DNA of 64,000 nucleotides from Candidatus Aminicenantes bacterium (GTDB lineage Bacteria; Acidobacteriota; Aminicenantia; Aminicenantales; JAFGBC01): NCBI GenBank assembly GCA_963702005.1, contig OY969696.1, positions 992,001 to 1,056,000 of the forward strand, read 5' to 3'. Shown piece by piece: positions 8,253 to 18,378 of this stretch (position 1 is its first letter; each line of letters starts with the position of its first letter). The notes under the pieces were generated by a model. It saw only the letters and a program-made list of their open reading frames with translations, ran no database searches and was not told where the DNA came from. The position numbers and the translations under genes were made by a program.

Positions 8253-9977
8253 ATGAAAACACGGCTGATAGCGATCGCGGTCCTCATCCTCTTCGCCGCG
8301 CCCTTCCTGGCCGCGGAGATCGAGCTCGACAAGGCGCCCCTCCAGATCGGCAACGCCCTGCTCTTCAAGGACCACGCCGAGGCCGGCGCCTATTACTACA
8401 TGCCCAACCAGCCTCGCCTGGCCTTCTGGCCGGACGGGACGCCCAAGCTGACCTTCCTCAAGTACACCAAGGCCGGGAAGGAGGAGTCCAAGGGCGGCAT
8501 CCTCCATTTCTTCGTCAAGTACGGCCTTGACGAATCGGAGCTCGCCCAGATCCGCCAGCAGCTGGCCAAGCAGGAGCCCAACGCCAAGCTCAAGGGGCCT
8601 ATCGTCTTCAAGAAGGGCTCGTTCATGGTCATCTCGGCCGCGGCCGGCGAGGGCGGCGTCTTCACCCGGAAGATCATCGGCGAGGGCAAAGCCCCCCTGA
8701 TCTCGGGGTCGGAGGTTTCGGTCTCGATCGCCGTGACCGCCGACGGCGCGGCCTTCCTCGAGGAGGCCCTGCGCCAGCCGACCTACCCCGTCAGCGTCCG
8801 CTTCGACATGACCTACGAGGGCCTGACCCCGAAGTACCAGGCCAACGCGACCATCTCCTGGTCGAAGGTCAGGACCTATTTCGAGCAGTATAGGAAGTGG
8901 CGGATCTACCGGAAGAAAGAATTCCTCTGGTGGAGCTGGTACGTCCAGAAGGGGACGGGCGAGTCGCTACGCATCTCCGACGACCTCAAGTCCGCCGGGG
9001 CTGTCAGCATCGACGTCACCGGCGAGGACCAGAACATGGAAGCCATCCTCCAGACCGTCGTCGATTCGGTCATGCACGAGATGTTCGACATGAAGATGGA
9101 GCTCCCGGGCGAGAACCAGGAAGGGCAAGGGCAGAGCGGGAGCGGCGATCAGAGCGGCGGCTCGTCCTCCCAGCCGCAGCCGAAGGACAAGCCCTACGGC
9201 GTCAGCACCACGATGAAGAGCGTTACCCGCTCGGACACCTGGACGGTCAACTTGACCAAGAGGCTGCGCCAGGAGCGCGAGACCGGGCCGATGGACGCTG
9301 GCATCGGCGACGTCCTGCGCCAGTTCAAGAACAACAAGAAAGTCTATGACATCATTAACCTCGACGACCCGGACCTCCAGGACCGGACCGTCTTCGCCAT
9401 CCTCGACGGCGAGGATTTCGACACCTTCAAGAAGTACATCAACTTCGTCACGGTGAGCTTCAAGAAGGCGCATCCCTCGGGCGAGCCGACGACCCGAGAC
9501 GTCATCTTCAACGCTCAGTCCTTCGCCGAGCGGGGCAACATGCTGCCCTTCGTCTACCCGCGGCTCGGCGAGGGCGTCTCGTGGCTCGGCTACGATTACA
9601 AGACGACCTGGAGCTTCATGGGCGGCATCAAGGTCGAAGGGACGTGGACCCGGAGCGAGGAGGCCGCGGTCAACCTCTTCCCGCCGCACCGCTACCGCGA
9701 GATCGACGTGATCGCCGACGATGAGAACGTCAAGGCCAACAACATCAAGCTCATCACGGTCGCCTTCAAGAACAGAATCTTCGACCGGGAGAAGACGGGC
9801 GAGACCAAGATCCTCCCCTCCGAGACGCTCCTGACCAAGTACGAGTACCTTCATCCCGAGAACGATATGAGCTTCCAGTACGAGGTCACCTGGCTCCTCG
9901 GCGACGGCCGGCAGGCGAACTCCGGCTGGCAGACGACGACCGACCCGTTCGTCTACGCCCTTTATAAGGGAAAATAG
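8253..9977 (+). CDS. Secreted protein of unknown family, paralog 5
   Basis: 574 aa, AAGGAGG RBS, signal peptide, same core motifs. Aromatic-rich segment YRKWRIYRKKEFLWWSWY. Confidence 0.9.
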   Translation: MKTRLIAIAVLILFAAPFLAAEIELDKAPLQIGNALLFKDHAEAGAYYYMPNQPRLAFWPDGTPKLTFLKYTKAGKEESKGGILHFFVKYGLDESELAQIRQQLAKQEPNAKLKGPIVFKKGSFMVISAAAGEGGVFTRKIIGEGKAPLISGSEVSVSIAVTADGAAFLEEALRQPTYPVSVRFDMTYEGLTPKYQANATISWSKVRTYFEQYRKWRIYRKKEFLWWSWYVQKGTGESLRISDDLKSAGAVSIDVTGEDQNMEAILQTVVDSVMHEMFDMKMELPGENQEGQGQSGSGDQSGGSSSQPQPKDKPYGVSTTMKSVTRSDTWTVNLTKRLRQERETGPMDAGIGDVLRQFKNNKKVYDIINLDDPDLQDRTVFAILDGEDFDTFKKYINFVTVSFKKAHPSGEPTTRDVIFNAQSFAERGNMLPFVYPRLGEGVSWLGYDYKTTWSFMGGIKVEGTWTRSEEAAVNLFPPHRYREIDVIADDENVKANNIKLITVAFKNRIFDREKTGETKILPSETLLTKYEYLHPENDMSFQYEVTWLLGDGRQANSGWQTTTDPFVYALYKGK

Positions 9978-9997
9978 GGGTCACATTCGAATCGCCG

Positions 9998-10039
9998 AGG
10001 GCGGATGTCCCGCAAGGGGCCTCCGCCCTTTTTTATTTT
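9998..10039 (+). terminator. Rho-independent terminator of the repeated family
   Basis: AGGGCGGATGTCCCGCAAGGGGCCTCCGCCCT plus T-tract; nearly identical to 14751-14789. Confidence 0.85.
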
Positions 10040-10245
10040 AGGGGAGATTTCCGTCTACTTAGTCGCTCGCCGTCTGGAGGCCGACCCCGTCTTGAGTTCA
10101 ACCTGGCGTTCGATGACGCCCCGATTTATCATTCCCTGCGACGTTATGAGTTAAAATTGGCGGATGAACGCTCGCTTGGTCGGCGTAGCAGAAAACGAAA
10201 TTCCCATAAATAAATCACTTGAAAAAGGATCAAGCTGAATCTCGG

Positions 10246-10273
10246 GCCTAATATAACGGGTATTATCGACGGA
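10246..10273 (-). other. dif/Xer-like site (tentative)
   Basis: Minus strand TCCGTCGATAA-TACCCG-TTATATTAGGC: 11-6-11 layout with inner ATAA/TTAT as in dif. Confidence 0.3.
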
Positions 10274-10320
10274 TAGAATTGTATTAGCATTAGATATTCA
10301 AGTTCAATGATGGAGGAAAT

Positions 10321-10500
10321 ATGAGAAACTTAGCGCGACTCATTTTGGGACTCATATTATCGGCGTGCCTTATTTATAGTCAAACCACGGAGAAAAAATC
10401 AGGCACCTTTAGCGATCCCCGTGACGGTGAAGTTTATCGGTGGGTAATAATCGGAAATCAGGTATGGATGGCGGAAAATCTGCGATTAAGAACGGACTAG
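10321..10500 (+). pseudogene. Truncated FISUMP (Fibrobacter succinogenes major paralogous domain) protein
   Basis: GGAGG RBS. MRNLARLILGLILSACLIYSQ...FSDPRDGEVYRWVIIGNQVWMAENLRLRTD*: the diagnostic DPRDG..Y..V.IGNQVWMAENL start is followed by a stop after 59 aa. Confidence 0.75.
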
Positions 10501-10537
10501 GACTGACTTTCGAGCCCAGCCCCGCACCGACCGGCCC

Positions 10538-12274
10538 TTAGCACTTCAATTTTGCGAACTTGAGGTCCAGGACTCTGTCCGTCGAAACCGCAAACCCCGT
10601 AATCGCGCCGTTGGCGTCCCTCAGGAACTGGATCTTTGCATAACCGCCGGCCGAAAAGAAATCCTTCAAGAGGGGGGAAACCGGAACCTCCTCGTTATGT
10701 CCGACTTGGACATGGAGTGTACCGGATTTCAACGTAAAATCGTAGCGAGTATCCAGTTCGTCGGAATAATAGCTCCCCGCGTATTCCTTCAGCGCCTCTT
10801 CCGTCGGCGAGAAAGGCTCAATCCGCTTTCCCACGATCGTCGGCTCGACGTCGCTCCTGAAGGTGAAAGTCTCATATCGGTTTGCCACTTTATCTGAAAA
10901 GCTGACAGAGACGTTGCCCGGAACATCCTTCATCTTGAATTCCGTCGGGGAGACCGGCTCCAATTCCGATTTGTTCTCTTCCGACCGAACGTAGAAAAGC
11001 TTATCCTTGTCCAGGGCGATCTTCCGAACGAGCTGACGGGCCTCGATCCAGTACGTGCCAAGGAAAGGTTGCAGGCTCTTGACCGGAAGGCTGAACGGTT
11101 TAAGCGCAGGCTTGGCCGCGGCCGTCTCGGCCCCCGGGGCCGGGGATTCCGGTTGGCTGAGCCGCGAGGCCAAATAAATATCGGCGATCTGGTAGCTCAG
11201 AGCACCCGGATCGAACGAGGCCAGGTTCGCGAAAACGGTCACGCCGAGTTTCTCTCCGGGGAAATACATCACGTGGCTCCGGAATCCGGCGTCCCCCCCG
11301 CTGTGCCCGATGGTTTTCAGCCCCTTATATTCGCCGACCTCGATTCCCCTGGCGTAAGGGACCTCGGAGCCGTTGTTCAGGATGCCCTTGGTCAGCATCC
11401 GGTCCAGCACGGCGGCCCCGCCGACCTTCTTTTCATCGAAATTGCGCAGCCAATTGGCCATGTCTTCCACCGTGGTGAAAAGGCTCGTGGCGCCCACGTT
11501 GGCATAGTTGAGCACGCTCTGCTTGAACCCCTTCGTGGAATCGCCCTGGTAGGAATAGGCCCGGTTCCTGACGATTTCTTCATGATCGAGATGGAAATGC
11601 GTTGAGGTCATCCCCAGCGGCTTGAAGATATTCTCCTGGGTCCATTCGGTGAACGGCCGGCCGCTCACCCGGCTCACGATCTCGGCCAGAAGCGTATACC
11701 CGGAGTTGCAGTATAAATATCGGTCGCCGGGCGTGAAATTCAGCTCTTTCTGACGCCTGAGCCGGTCCATGATCTGAGCTTGGGTGATGACGTCATCCAT
11801 CCGCCATCCGGACATTACCAGCAGATCCCATTGATCCCGGAGCCCGCTGGTGTGGTTCAGGAGATGCCTGATGGTGATTTTCTTGCCGAAGTCGGCGAGC
11901 TCCGGCAGATACTTATGGATATCGTCGTCCGCGGAGAGTTTCCCAGCCTCCTCGAGCATCGTAATCGCCATGGCCGTGAACTGCTTGGAAACAGATGCAA
12001 CGTGGAACACTGTCGACGGCGTGATGGGTATGCCATATTCCAACTGGGCGCATCCGAAACCCTTCCGATAGATGACCATTCCGTCTTTAATGACGGCCAC
12101 GGCCGCGCCGGGCGAATCCAGGGTATTCCACTTGCTGAACAGGGCGTCGACCTTTGACTCCAGGGATTTATCCGTGCCCGGAGCGACTTCGGTCGCCGCG
12201 TAGGATAGGGCCGCCGTCATGATGACCAGGGATATGACAAGACTGATCCGCGTGACGAAAGAGCTTCGTTTCAT
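10538..12274 (-). CDS. Serine hydrolase, beta-lactamase/PBP (class C-like) family, with C-terminal extension
   Basis: SVSK (SxxK), YCN (YxN) and HSGG motifs; LLNHTSGL; signal peptide. Confidence 0.9.
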   Translation of the reverse strand: MKRSSFVTRISLVISLVIMTAALSYAATEVAPGTDKSLESKVDALFSKWNTLDSPGAAVAVIKDGMVIYRKGFGCAQLEYGIPITPSTVFHVASVSKQFTAMAITMLEEAGKLSADDDIHKYLPELADFGKKITIRHLLNHTSGLRDQWDLLVMSGWRMDDVITQAQIMDRLRRQKELNFTPGDRYLYCNSGYTLLAEIVSRVSGRPFTEWTQENIFKPLGMTSTHFHLDHEEIVRNRAYSYQGDSTKGFKQSVLNYANVGATSLFTTVEDMANWLRNFDEKKVGGAAVLDRMLTKGILNNGSEVPYARGIEVGEYKGLKTIGHSGGDAGFRSHVMYFPGEKLGVTVFANLASFDPGALSYQIADIYLASRLSQPESPAPGAETAAAKPALKPFSLPVKSLQPFLGTYWIEARQLVRKIALDKDKLFYVRSEENKSELEPVSPTEFKMKDVPGNVSVSFSDKVANRYETFTFRSDVEPTIVGKRIEPFSPTEEALKEYAGSYYSDELDTRYDFTLKSGTLHVQVGHNEEVPVSPLLKDFFSAGGYAKIQFLRDANGAITGFAVSTDRVLDLKFAKLKC

Positions 12275-12646
12275 TGGGATCTCCTCTGCATTTTATAGCC
12301 TGTCTGCAAAGATGCCATATGAAGCGTTTATAGCCTATCCGTCTTCAAACGTAAAGAAAAATAGTCCGAGTGCCGACCGGCCGTTCCGCACGCCACGGCA
12401 CGATCCAGACGGCCTCCGTATGCTATATTTTTGCCTTTTCTTTAAACCAGACGTCAATCTCGCTCTTATAAGCAAAGACTCGAGATCTCATTGATTTTCT
12501 GTCAATTCTATATATTGGAAGCCCCAGCTTTTTTCCCAGGTCCTGCACGTACTGATATCTCTCGTATTTTTCGGCTTGACAAATCAAGCATAGAGCCTTA
12601 ATTAGGTAATGTATAAAGGCGATGTAAACTTTTAATAGGGGGCCTC

Positions 12647-14689
12647 ATGAAACCAAAATTTTTTGGCGTTGCGTTTCTTGTATTGACAACTCTAATCGTT
12701 TTCGCGGCGGCCGCGGCCATTCGGCCGGCCCGGTTGACGCTCGATCAGAGCTTCGGCCCGACGCCGCTCTACTTCATCTCCAATCAAGGCCAGACGGCGC
12801 CCGCTGCCCGCTTCTATGCGAGAACGAGGGGCTACACGCTTTGGCTGACGAAACAGGGGCTGATCTTCGACGGGACGGATGGCGCGGCCTCCAGCCTTAT
12901 CTTTAAAAACGCCAACGCTGATGTCGCCATCTCGGCCGGCGATCCTTCGGACTATCGGGTCAGCTATTTCTACGGGACTAACGAGTCCGATTGGATTACC
13001 GACGTCCCGACCTCGCGGGCTGTTCTCTATAAAAACCTCTACGACGGCATCGACCTCAGAGTCTATGGGACTGAAAAGGAGATCGAATACGACTGGGTCG
13101 TTCGTCCCGGCGCGGACCCGAGCAACATCCGGTTTACTTATGAGGGAGCGCCGGCCGCGAAAATCGACGCCTCGGGAGACCTCGTCGTAAGCGCGGCCTC
13201 GGGCGAGTTCCGGCATCGCAAGCCAGCGGCTTATCAAGTCATCGACGGCAAGCGGATCGCCGTCGCCGCCTCGTTCCATAAGATCAACGATATTGGCTAC
13301 GGATTCGCGCTTGGCGCCTACGACCGCCTTTGCAGCCTCATCATCGATCCGCTCGTCCTGGTCTATTCGACCTACCTGGGTGGGTATAGTCTCGATGATG
13401 CCGATTCAGTAGCCGAGGACAAGACCGGCGCCATCTATGTCTCCGGCCCTACCGAGAGCCTCGATTTCCCCCCCTACCATGTCAGCCAACCCCGGAGGGA
13501 CTTATTCGTCACCAAGTTTTCTCCCGATGGGCAAACCCTTGTCTACTCGGACTTCTTTCCCGTCGGCCTAGCGTCCACTGACAACGCATTAGCGGTCGAC
13601 GACAAAGGCTTCGGCTATCTCGTCGGCAGCACGAGCAGCCGCAGCTTCCCCCTCAAGAACGCATTCCAGACGACGAATCACGGACATAACGACGCGTTCT
13701 TTCTGAAGTTGACGCCTAATGGCAAAGGCCTGGTCTTCTCTTCTTATCTGGGCGGCTCGCAAAATGATATGTGTACGGCCGTCGCCCTGGACGCTTCGGG
13801 CTACATCTATGTTGCGGGCAATACGAATAGTCGCGATTTCCCCACTCTCAAAGCCTATCAGAAGACTTATGGCGGGACTATGGACGTCTTTGTCTCCAAG
13901 TTCACGCCCGACGGGAAGAGCTTGGTCTATTCCACCTACCTGGGCACATCCGCGAATAATTACGTGGGGGGGCTTGCCGCTGACAGCGCCGGAGCCGCCT
14001 ACGTCGTTGGCGACACTTTTAGCACGGGCTTTCCCATCAAGAATGCGTTCCAGCCCCAGTTCGGGGGAGGGAGCAATGATGGCTTCTTCACGAAGCTATC
14101 CTCTGCCGGTGACCAACTTATCTATTCCAGCTATCTGGGAGGGTCCGGCAACGATAGCTGCAATAGGATTGCGGTCGACGAAGCGGGGGCCGCTTATATA
14201 ACAGGGATGGCATCCGGCCCATTCCCGATTAAAAATGCGTTTCAACCAAGCCGGAAAGGATCTCAGGACGCATTTGTTACCAAGGTCGCTCCTGATGGCC
14301 AAACCCTGATCTATTCCACCTACCTCGGAGGGGCGGGAACCGATGGTGGCAGCAGTATTGCGATAGACGGGAGCGAAAAAGCTTATGTGGGAGGGTGGAC
14401 TTACAGTCGAAATTTCCCTCTAAAAAAAGCCTTTCAAACCATCCTCAAAGGGAGCAATGACGGCTTCTTAACCATCTTTTCGCCTGACGGAAAAAGCCTT
14501 GTCTCTTCGACTTATTTGGGCGGTTCCTATAGAGAAGGCTGCAACGCCATTAAGCTCTGCGCCGACGGAAAAATTCTAGTCTCCGGATGGACGAACAGTC
14601 TCGACTTCCCAACCCTCAAGCCCTTTCAAAAATCGCTCAAGGGGGACGCTGACGCTTTCATACTGAAGTTTAAGTTGACGTCCGATTGA
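12647..14689 (+). CDS. SBBP beta-propeller repeat protein (secreted)
   Basis: PLYFISNQGQ N-terminal domain, LIIDPLVLVYSTYLGG, repeated YSTYLGG/AVD..G..Y/T.S.DFP/DAF..K units. Confidence 0.9.
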   Translation: MKPKFFGVAFLVLTTLIVFAAAAAIRPARLTLDQSFGPTPLYFISNQGQTAPAARFYARTRGYTLWLTKQGLIFDGTDGAASSLIFKNANADVAISAGDPSDYRVSYFYGTNESDWITDVPTSRAVLYKNLYDGIDLRVYGTEKEIEYDWVVRPGADPSNIRFTYEGAPAAKIDASGDLVVSAASGEFRHRKPAAYQVIDGKRIAVAASFHKINDIGYGFALGAYDRLCSLIIDPLVLVYSTYLGGYSLDDADSVAEDKTGAIYVSGPTESLDFPPYHVSQPRRDLFVTKFSPDGQTLVYSDFFPVGLASTDNALAVDDKGFGYLVGSTSSRSFPLKNAFQTTNHGHNDAFFLKLTPNGKGLVFSSYLGGSQNDMCTAVALDASGYIYVAGNTNSRDFPTLKAYQKTYGGTMDVFVSKFTPDGKSLVYSTYLGTSANNYVGGLAADSAGAAYVVGDTFSTGFPIKNAFQPQFGGGSNDGFFTKLSSAGDQLIYSSYLGGSGNDSCNRIAVDEAGAAYITGMASGPFPIKNAFQPSRKGSQDAFVTKVAPDGQTLIYSTYLGGAGTDGGSSIAIDGSEKAYVGGWTYSRNFPLKKAFQTILKGSNDGFLTIFSPDGKSLVSSTYLGGSYREGCNAIKLCADGKILVSGWTNSLDFPTLKPFQKSLKGDADAFILKFKLTSD

Positions 14690-14699
14690 CGAAAACCGC

Positions 14700-14789
14700 T
14701 TCGGCGGCCGCGACCGCTACTGATCGCCCAGTCTGAGAGCGAGTTCGGCCAGGGCGGATATCCCGCAAGGGGCCTCCGCCCTTTTTTTT
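14700..14789 (+). pseudogene. RRM RNA-binding gene remnant (3' end FGGRDRY*) plus terminator
   Basis: TTC GGC GGC CGC GAC CGC TAC TGA TCGC, then the AGGGCGGA...TCCGCCCT-T8 hairpin. Homologous to 35233, 36705, 40600 and 42650. Confidence 0.7.
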
Positions 14790-14826
14790 AAGATTCTCCG
14801 CTTGAGTTGGCCTTTCAATTCGAAGC

Positions 14827-15756
14827 TCAAGGCTTCCGGTCGGAACCGAATAGAGGCTTCAGGGTGATATCCCCGTCCGAAGTCTTGATGGCGATGAGGC
14901 GGCCGCCCGAACCGAGGACCCCCTTGATGTCATGCTCCGCGTCCTTTTCTCGGACAGTCAGGGGCAGACGATTGTCAATATCACCGTCGCCCGTATGGAT
15001 CCAGACCTCGGCCGAAAAGTCCGGAGCCAGCGCCAGGTCGATGTGGCCATCCGATGCCCGTAAAATCCAATCGCTCGCCGCGAGGGATTCTGGAAGGGCT
15101 TCGACGGTGATGTCGCCGTCCGAGGTTTCGAGGTCAAGGGCCGTCAGAACGCCCCTCAGACGGATGTTTCCGTCCGAGGCGATGGCCTTGATTTCTCCCC
15201 GGACATCCTCGAGCTCGAGCTCACCGTCCGAGGCCCTCACCTCAATCCGGCCCTCGGCGCCGGTCAGGGTGATATCCCCGTCCGAAGTCTGCAGAGACAG
15301 ATTGCCCTTGATCCCGGAAGCCGAGATGTCCCCGTCCGAAGTATGGCATTCCAAACGGCAATCCCTGGGCAGAATGACTTCAGAACGAACTTGGACGCGC
15401 GGGGAGCCCCAGTTAAACAGGGAAGAGCTCCAGGTCCGCGGATAGCGAATCTCAATCCGGACGTCATTGTCCTGCTGTGAGACGTCGACCGTGATGCTGT
15501 CCATCAGGCTCCGGGCTCGCGCTTCGTCGCGAGCGTTTGTTTCTTTCCAGACCTTAAGAAAAACCTCCGACCCTTCGCCCGGGAGGAACTTGACATCGCC
15601 GTCCGAGTCCCGGAAGCTCACGCTCACCGGCTGGCCGGGGTTCAGGGGGAAGCGTTTCTCGAAGGTTGAAACCCGGGTTTCTCCGGCAAGGGCGACCGGC
15701 AGAGCCAAGGCCGCCAGAAAACACGCGCAAAGACTAAGGGCTCTTGTCTGGGGCAT
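14827..15756 (-). CDS. DUF4097-family beta-strand repeat (adhesin-like) protein
   Basis: Signal peptide and repeated TSDGDI units. Confidence 0.85.
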   Translation of the reverse strand: MPQTRALSLCACFLAALALPVALAGETRVSTFEKRFPLNPGQPVSVSFRDSDGDVKFLPGEGSEVFLKVWKETNARDEARARSLMDSITVDVSQQDNDVRIEIRYPRTWSSSLFNWGSPRVQVRSEVILPRDCRLECHTSDGDISASGIKGNLSLQTSDGDITLTGAEGRIEVRASDGELELEDVRGEIKAIASDGNIRLRGVLTALDLETSDGDITVEALPESLAASDWILRASDGHIDLALAPDFSAEVWIHTGDGDIDNRLPLTVREKDAEHDIKGVLGSGGRLIAIKTSDGDITLKPLFGSDRKP

Positions 15757-15835
15757 GTTCCAATCTCCTTTACTTCTTACTACGAATCCGCCCGGCCGAA
15801 GGTTCCCAGGCAGGCCGGAAAAACCCCGTTTCTAG

Positions 15836-15934
15836 GGAGAGGCGATGACATTTATTCGGGCGAATCGCGGGGCTTCGGCTTCAAGGCCATCTCCGCGCTC
15901 AACGGCAAGGACCTCAAGGGCTGGAACCTCATGG
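15836..15934 (+). pseudogene. RRM RNA-binding gene remnant with internal deletions
   Basis: GGAGAGG-ATG, then YSGESRGFGF joined directly to KAISALNGKDLKGWNL. The DNA is near-identical to parts of 20176-20265. Confidence 0.8.
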
Positions 15935-15946
15935 AATCTTGATTTC

Positions 15947-15975
15947 TTGACACCTGTCCGGGGCGGCGATATCCT
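15947..15975 (+). promoter_or_regulatory. sigma70 promoter, probably giving a leaderless kinase mRNA
   Basis: TTGACA-17-TATCCT, 6 nt before ATG 15982. Confidence 0.6.
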
Positions 15976-15981
15976 TTCTTT

Positions 15982-18318
15982 ATGAGGAGAAGGGTGGATT
16001 CTGAGCCCGAGGACGAGAAGCACCTGATCGGGCAGACGGTGTCGCACTACCTCATCTTGGAGAAACTCGGCGGCGGCGGCATGGGGGTCGTGTATAAGGC
16101 CAAGGACACCCGGCTCAAGCGTCCGGTCGCCTTGAAGTTCTTGCCCGAAGCGATGTCCCGGGACCGGCACGCGCTGGACAGATTCGAGCGGGAGGCCGAG
16201 ACGGCCTCGGCCTTGAATCACCCGCACATTTGCACGATCTACGACATCGACAAGCATGAAGGCCGGCATTTCATCGCGATGGAGCTGCTCGAGGGCCAGA
16301 CGTTGAAACAGTGCATCGTTTCGAAGCGGCTGGGGGTGGCTAAGATCCTCACGATGGCGCTCGAGGTGGCCGACGGTCTCGAGGCCGCCCACGCCAGAGG
16401 GATCATCCACCGGGACATCAAGCCGGCCAACATCTTCGTCACCCGGCGCGGGCAGGCCAAGATCCTCGATTTTGGGTTGGCCAAGCTGGCGGCGGAACGA
16501 GGTGCCGTTGCCGAGATCCTTACGGCCCAGCTTGTGACGCGCACGGCCCCCGAGCCGCTGACAAGCCCCGGCACAACCGCCGGGACGGTGCCGTACATGT
16601 CCCCGGAACAGGCGCTCGGGAAAGACCTGGATGCGCGGACGGATCTATTCTCGCTGGGGGTCGTGCTGTACGAGATGGCGACGGGCCATTTGCCCTTCCA
16701 TGGGGACACGGCCGCCGCGCAGTTCGACAGCCTCCTGCACCAGGCGCCGACGCCTCCCGCGCTCCTGAATCCGGACGTTCCTGGCGAGTTGGAGCGGATC
16801 ATCAACAAGGCTCTCGAAAAGGACCGCGAGGCCCGTTATCAATCGGCCAGGGATCTGCAGGCTGACCTGACGCGGCTGAAGCGCGAGAGCGAGTCCGGAC
16901 GCGCGGCCGCGGCTTCCGTCGTCGCCGCGCCCCCGCGACTTCGATCGCTGGCGGTGCTGCCGTTCACGAACATGAGCGCGGACAAGGAGAACGAGTACTT
17001 CTGCGACGGCCTGAGCGAAGAGCTCATCAACGCCTTGAGCCATATCCGGGAGCTGAGGGTGGCGGCCCGGACCTCGGCCTTTGCCTTCAAAGGGAGAGAG
17101 ATCGACATCCGCGAGGTCGGGAAAAAACTGAACGTGGGCGCGGTTCTGGAAGGAAGTGTCCGAAAATCCGGACAGCGATTGCGCATCGCCGCTCAGCTCG
17201 TCAACGTCGAGGACGGCTACCATATCTGGTCCGGCCAATTCGACAGGGAAATGAAGGATATTTTTGACATTCAGGAAGAGCTATCACTGACCATCGTGGA
17301 TCATCTGAAGCTCGAACTGTTGACAGGCGAGAAGGAAAAAATCCTCAAGCGATATACGGAAAATCACGAAGCCTACGATTATTATCTGAAGGGACGCTAT
17401 TTCTGGTATCGACGCTATGAGAAGGGCATGCAAAAAGGCCTCCAATATTTTCAGCAGGCCATCGAAAAAGATCCCGGCTATGCCCTGGCCCACGTAGGAA
17501 TCGCCGACGCGTTCAACTTTCTCGGGCTCTTCGGTTTCATGCCGCCACAGCAGGCCTATTCGCGGGCCAGGGCGGCGGCGGAGAAGGCCCTGGAGATCGA
17601 CCCCGAGCTGGCCGAGCCTCATGCCTCTCTGGGCTGGATCGCCATGTGGTACGACTGGGACTGGCCGGCCTCCCAAAGACATTTCTTGAGGGCCATCCAG
17701 AAGAAACCGGATTATGCTCCCGCCCATATCTGGTATGGCAATTATTTCTGGTGCATGGCGCGTTTTGACGAGTCCATCCTGCAGATGCTGAAGGGCTGCG
17801 AACTGGAGCCTCTTGAGCCGGTCAACGCCACGCATTTGGGCTTGGCTGTCCACGTGGCGCGTCGTTTCGATGAGTCGATTGAAAAACTCCGCAATGTCAT
17901 CGAGTCGGATCCGGAGTTTTCGCTCGCGTATTGGTACCAGTCGTTTAATTTCTTAGCCAAAGGAATGTGGGCCGAAGCGATCGCCACGCTGCAAAAATTC
18001 GTCGAACTCACGGCGGGATCGATCATGGCGTTGTCCACATTGGGTTTTGCCTATGGCTCGGCAGGAATGAAGGATGAAGCTTTCAAGATTTTCGAGCGGC
18101 TGGACGGGCTGGCGAAAGATCGTTATGTCGGGCCCATCTATAGGGCTATGGTGTGGACAGGACTCGGCGAGAAGGACAAGGCGTTGGAGAATCTGGAAAA
18201 GGCCTATCGGGAGAAAGAATCGATCATGGCCTCCATCAAGACTTGGTGCATATTCGACAGCCTGCACTCGGAGCCAAGGTTCCAGGCCTTGCTAAAGAAA
18301 ATGAATCTCGATCAATGA
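15982..18318 (+). CDS. Hanks-type Ser/Thr protein kinase with TolB-N-like domain and TPRs
   Basis: [31 protein letters not shown]; [25 protein letters not shown]; TPRs. Confidence 0.95.
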   Translation: MRRRVDSEPEDEKHLIGQTVSHYLILEKLGGGGMGVVYKAKDTRLKRPVALKFLPEAMSRDRHALDRFEREAETASALNHPHICTIYDIDKHEGRHFIAMELLEGQTLKQCIVSKRLGVAKILTMALEVADGLEAAHARGIIHRDIKPANIFVTRRGQAKILDFGLAKLAAERGAVAEILTAQLVTRTAPEPLTSPGTTAGTVPYMSPEQALGKDLDARTDLFSLGVVLYEMATGHLPFHGDTAAAQFDSLLHQAPTPPALLNPDVPGELERIINKALEKDREARYQSARDLQADLTRLKRESESGRAAAASVVAAPPRLRSLAVLPFTNMSADKENEYFCDGLSEELINALSHIRELRVAARTSAFAFKGREIDIREVGKKLNVGAVLEGSVRKSGQRLRIAAQLVNVEDGYHIWSGQFDREMKDIFDIQEELSLTIVDHLKLELLTGEKEKILKRYTENHEAYDYYLKGRYFWYRRYEKGMQKGLQYFQQAIEKDPGYALAHVGIADAFNFLGLFGFMPPQQAYSRARAAAEKALEIDPELAEPHASLGWIAMWYDWDWPASQRHFLRAIQKKPDYAPAHIWYGNYFWCMARFDESILQMLKGCELEPLEPVNATHLGLAVHVARRFDESIEKLRNVIESDPEFSLAYWYQSFNFLAKGMWAEAIATLQKFVELTAGSIMALSTLGFAYGSAGMKDEAFKIFERLDGLAKDRYVGPIYRAMVWTGLGEKDKALENLEKAYREKESIMASIKTWCIFDSLHSEPRFQALLKKMNLDQ

Positions 18319-18378
18319 GATTCGAATCCTCTCGGGCGCATTTTTCGCGTCTCCCCAACAGCGCAGTTCTATCTGAGT

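Noticed and set aside
10538-12274. Calling the serine hydrolase an AmpC resistance gene
   Set aside because: The motifs are shared by the broad esterase/peptidase family, and the long C-terminal extension is not AmpC-like.
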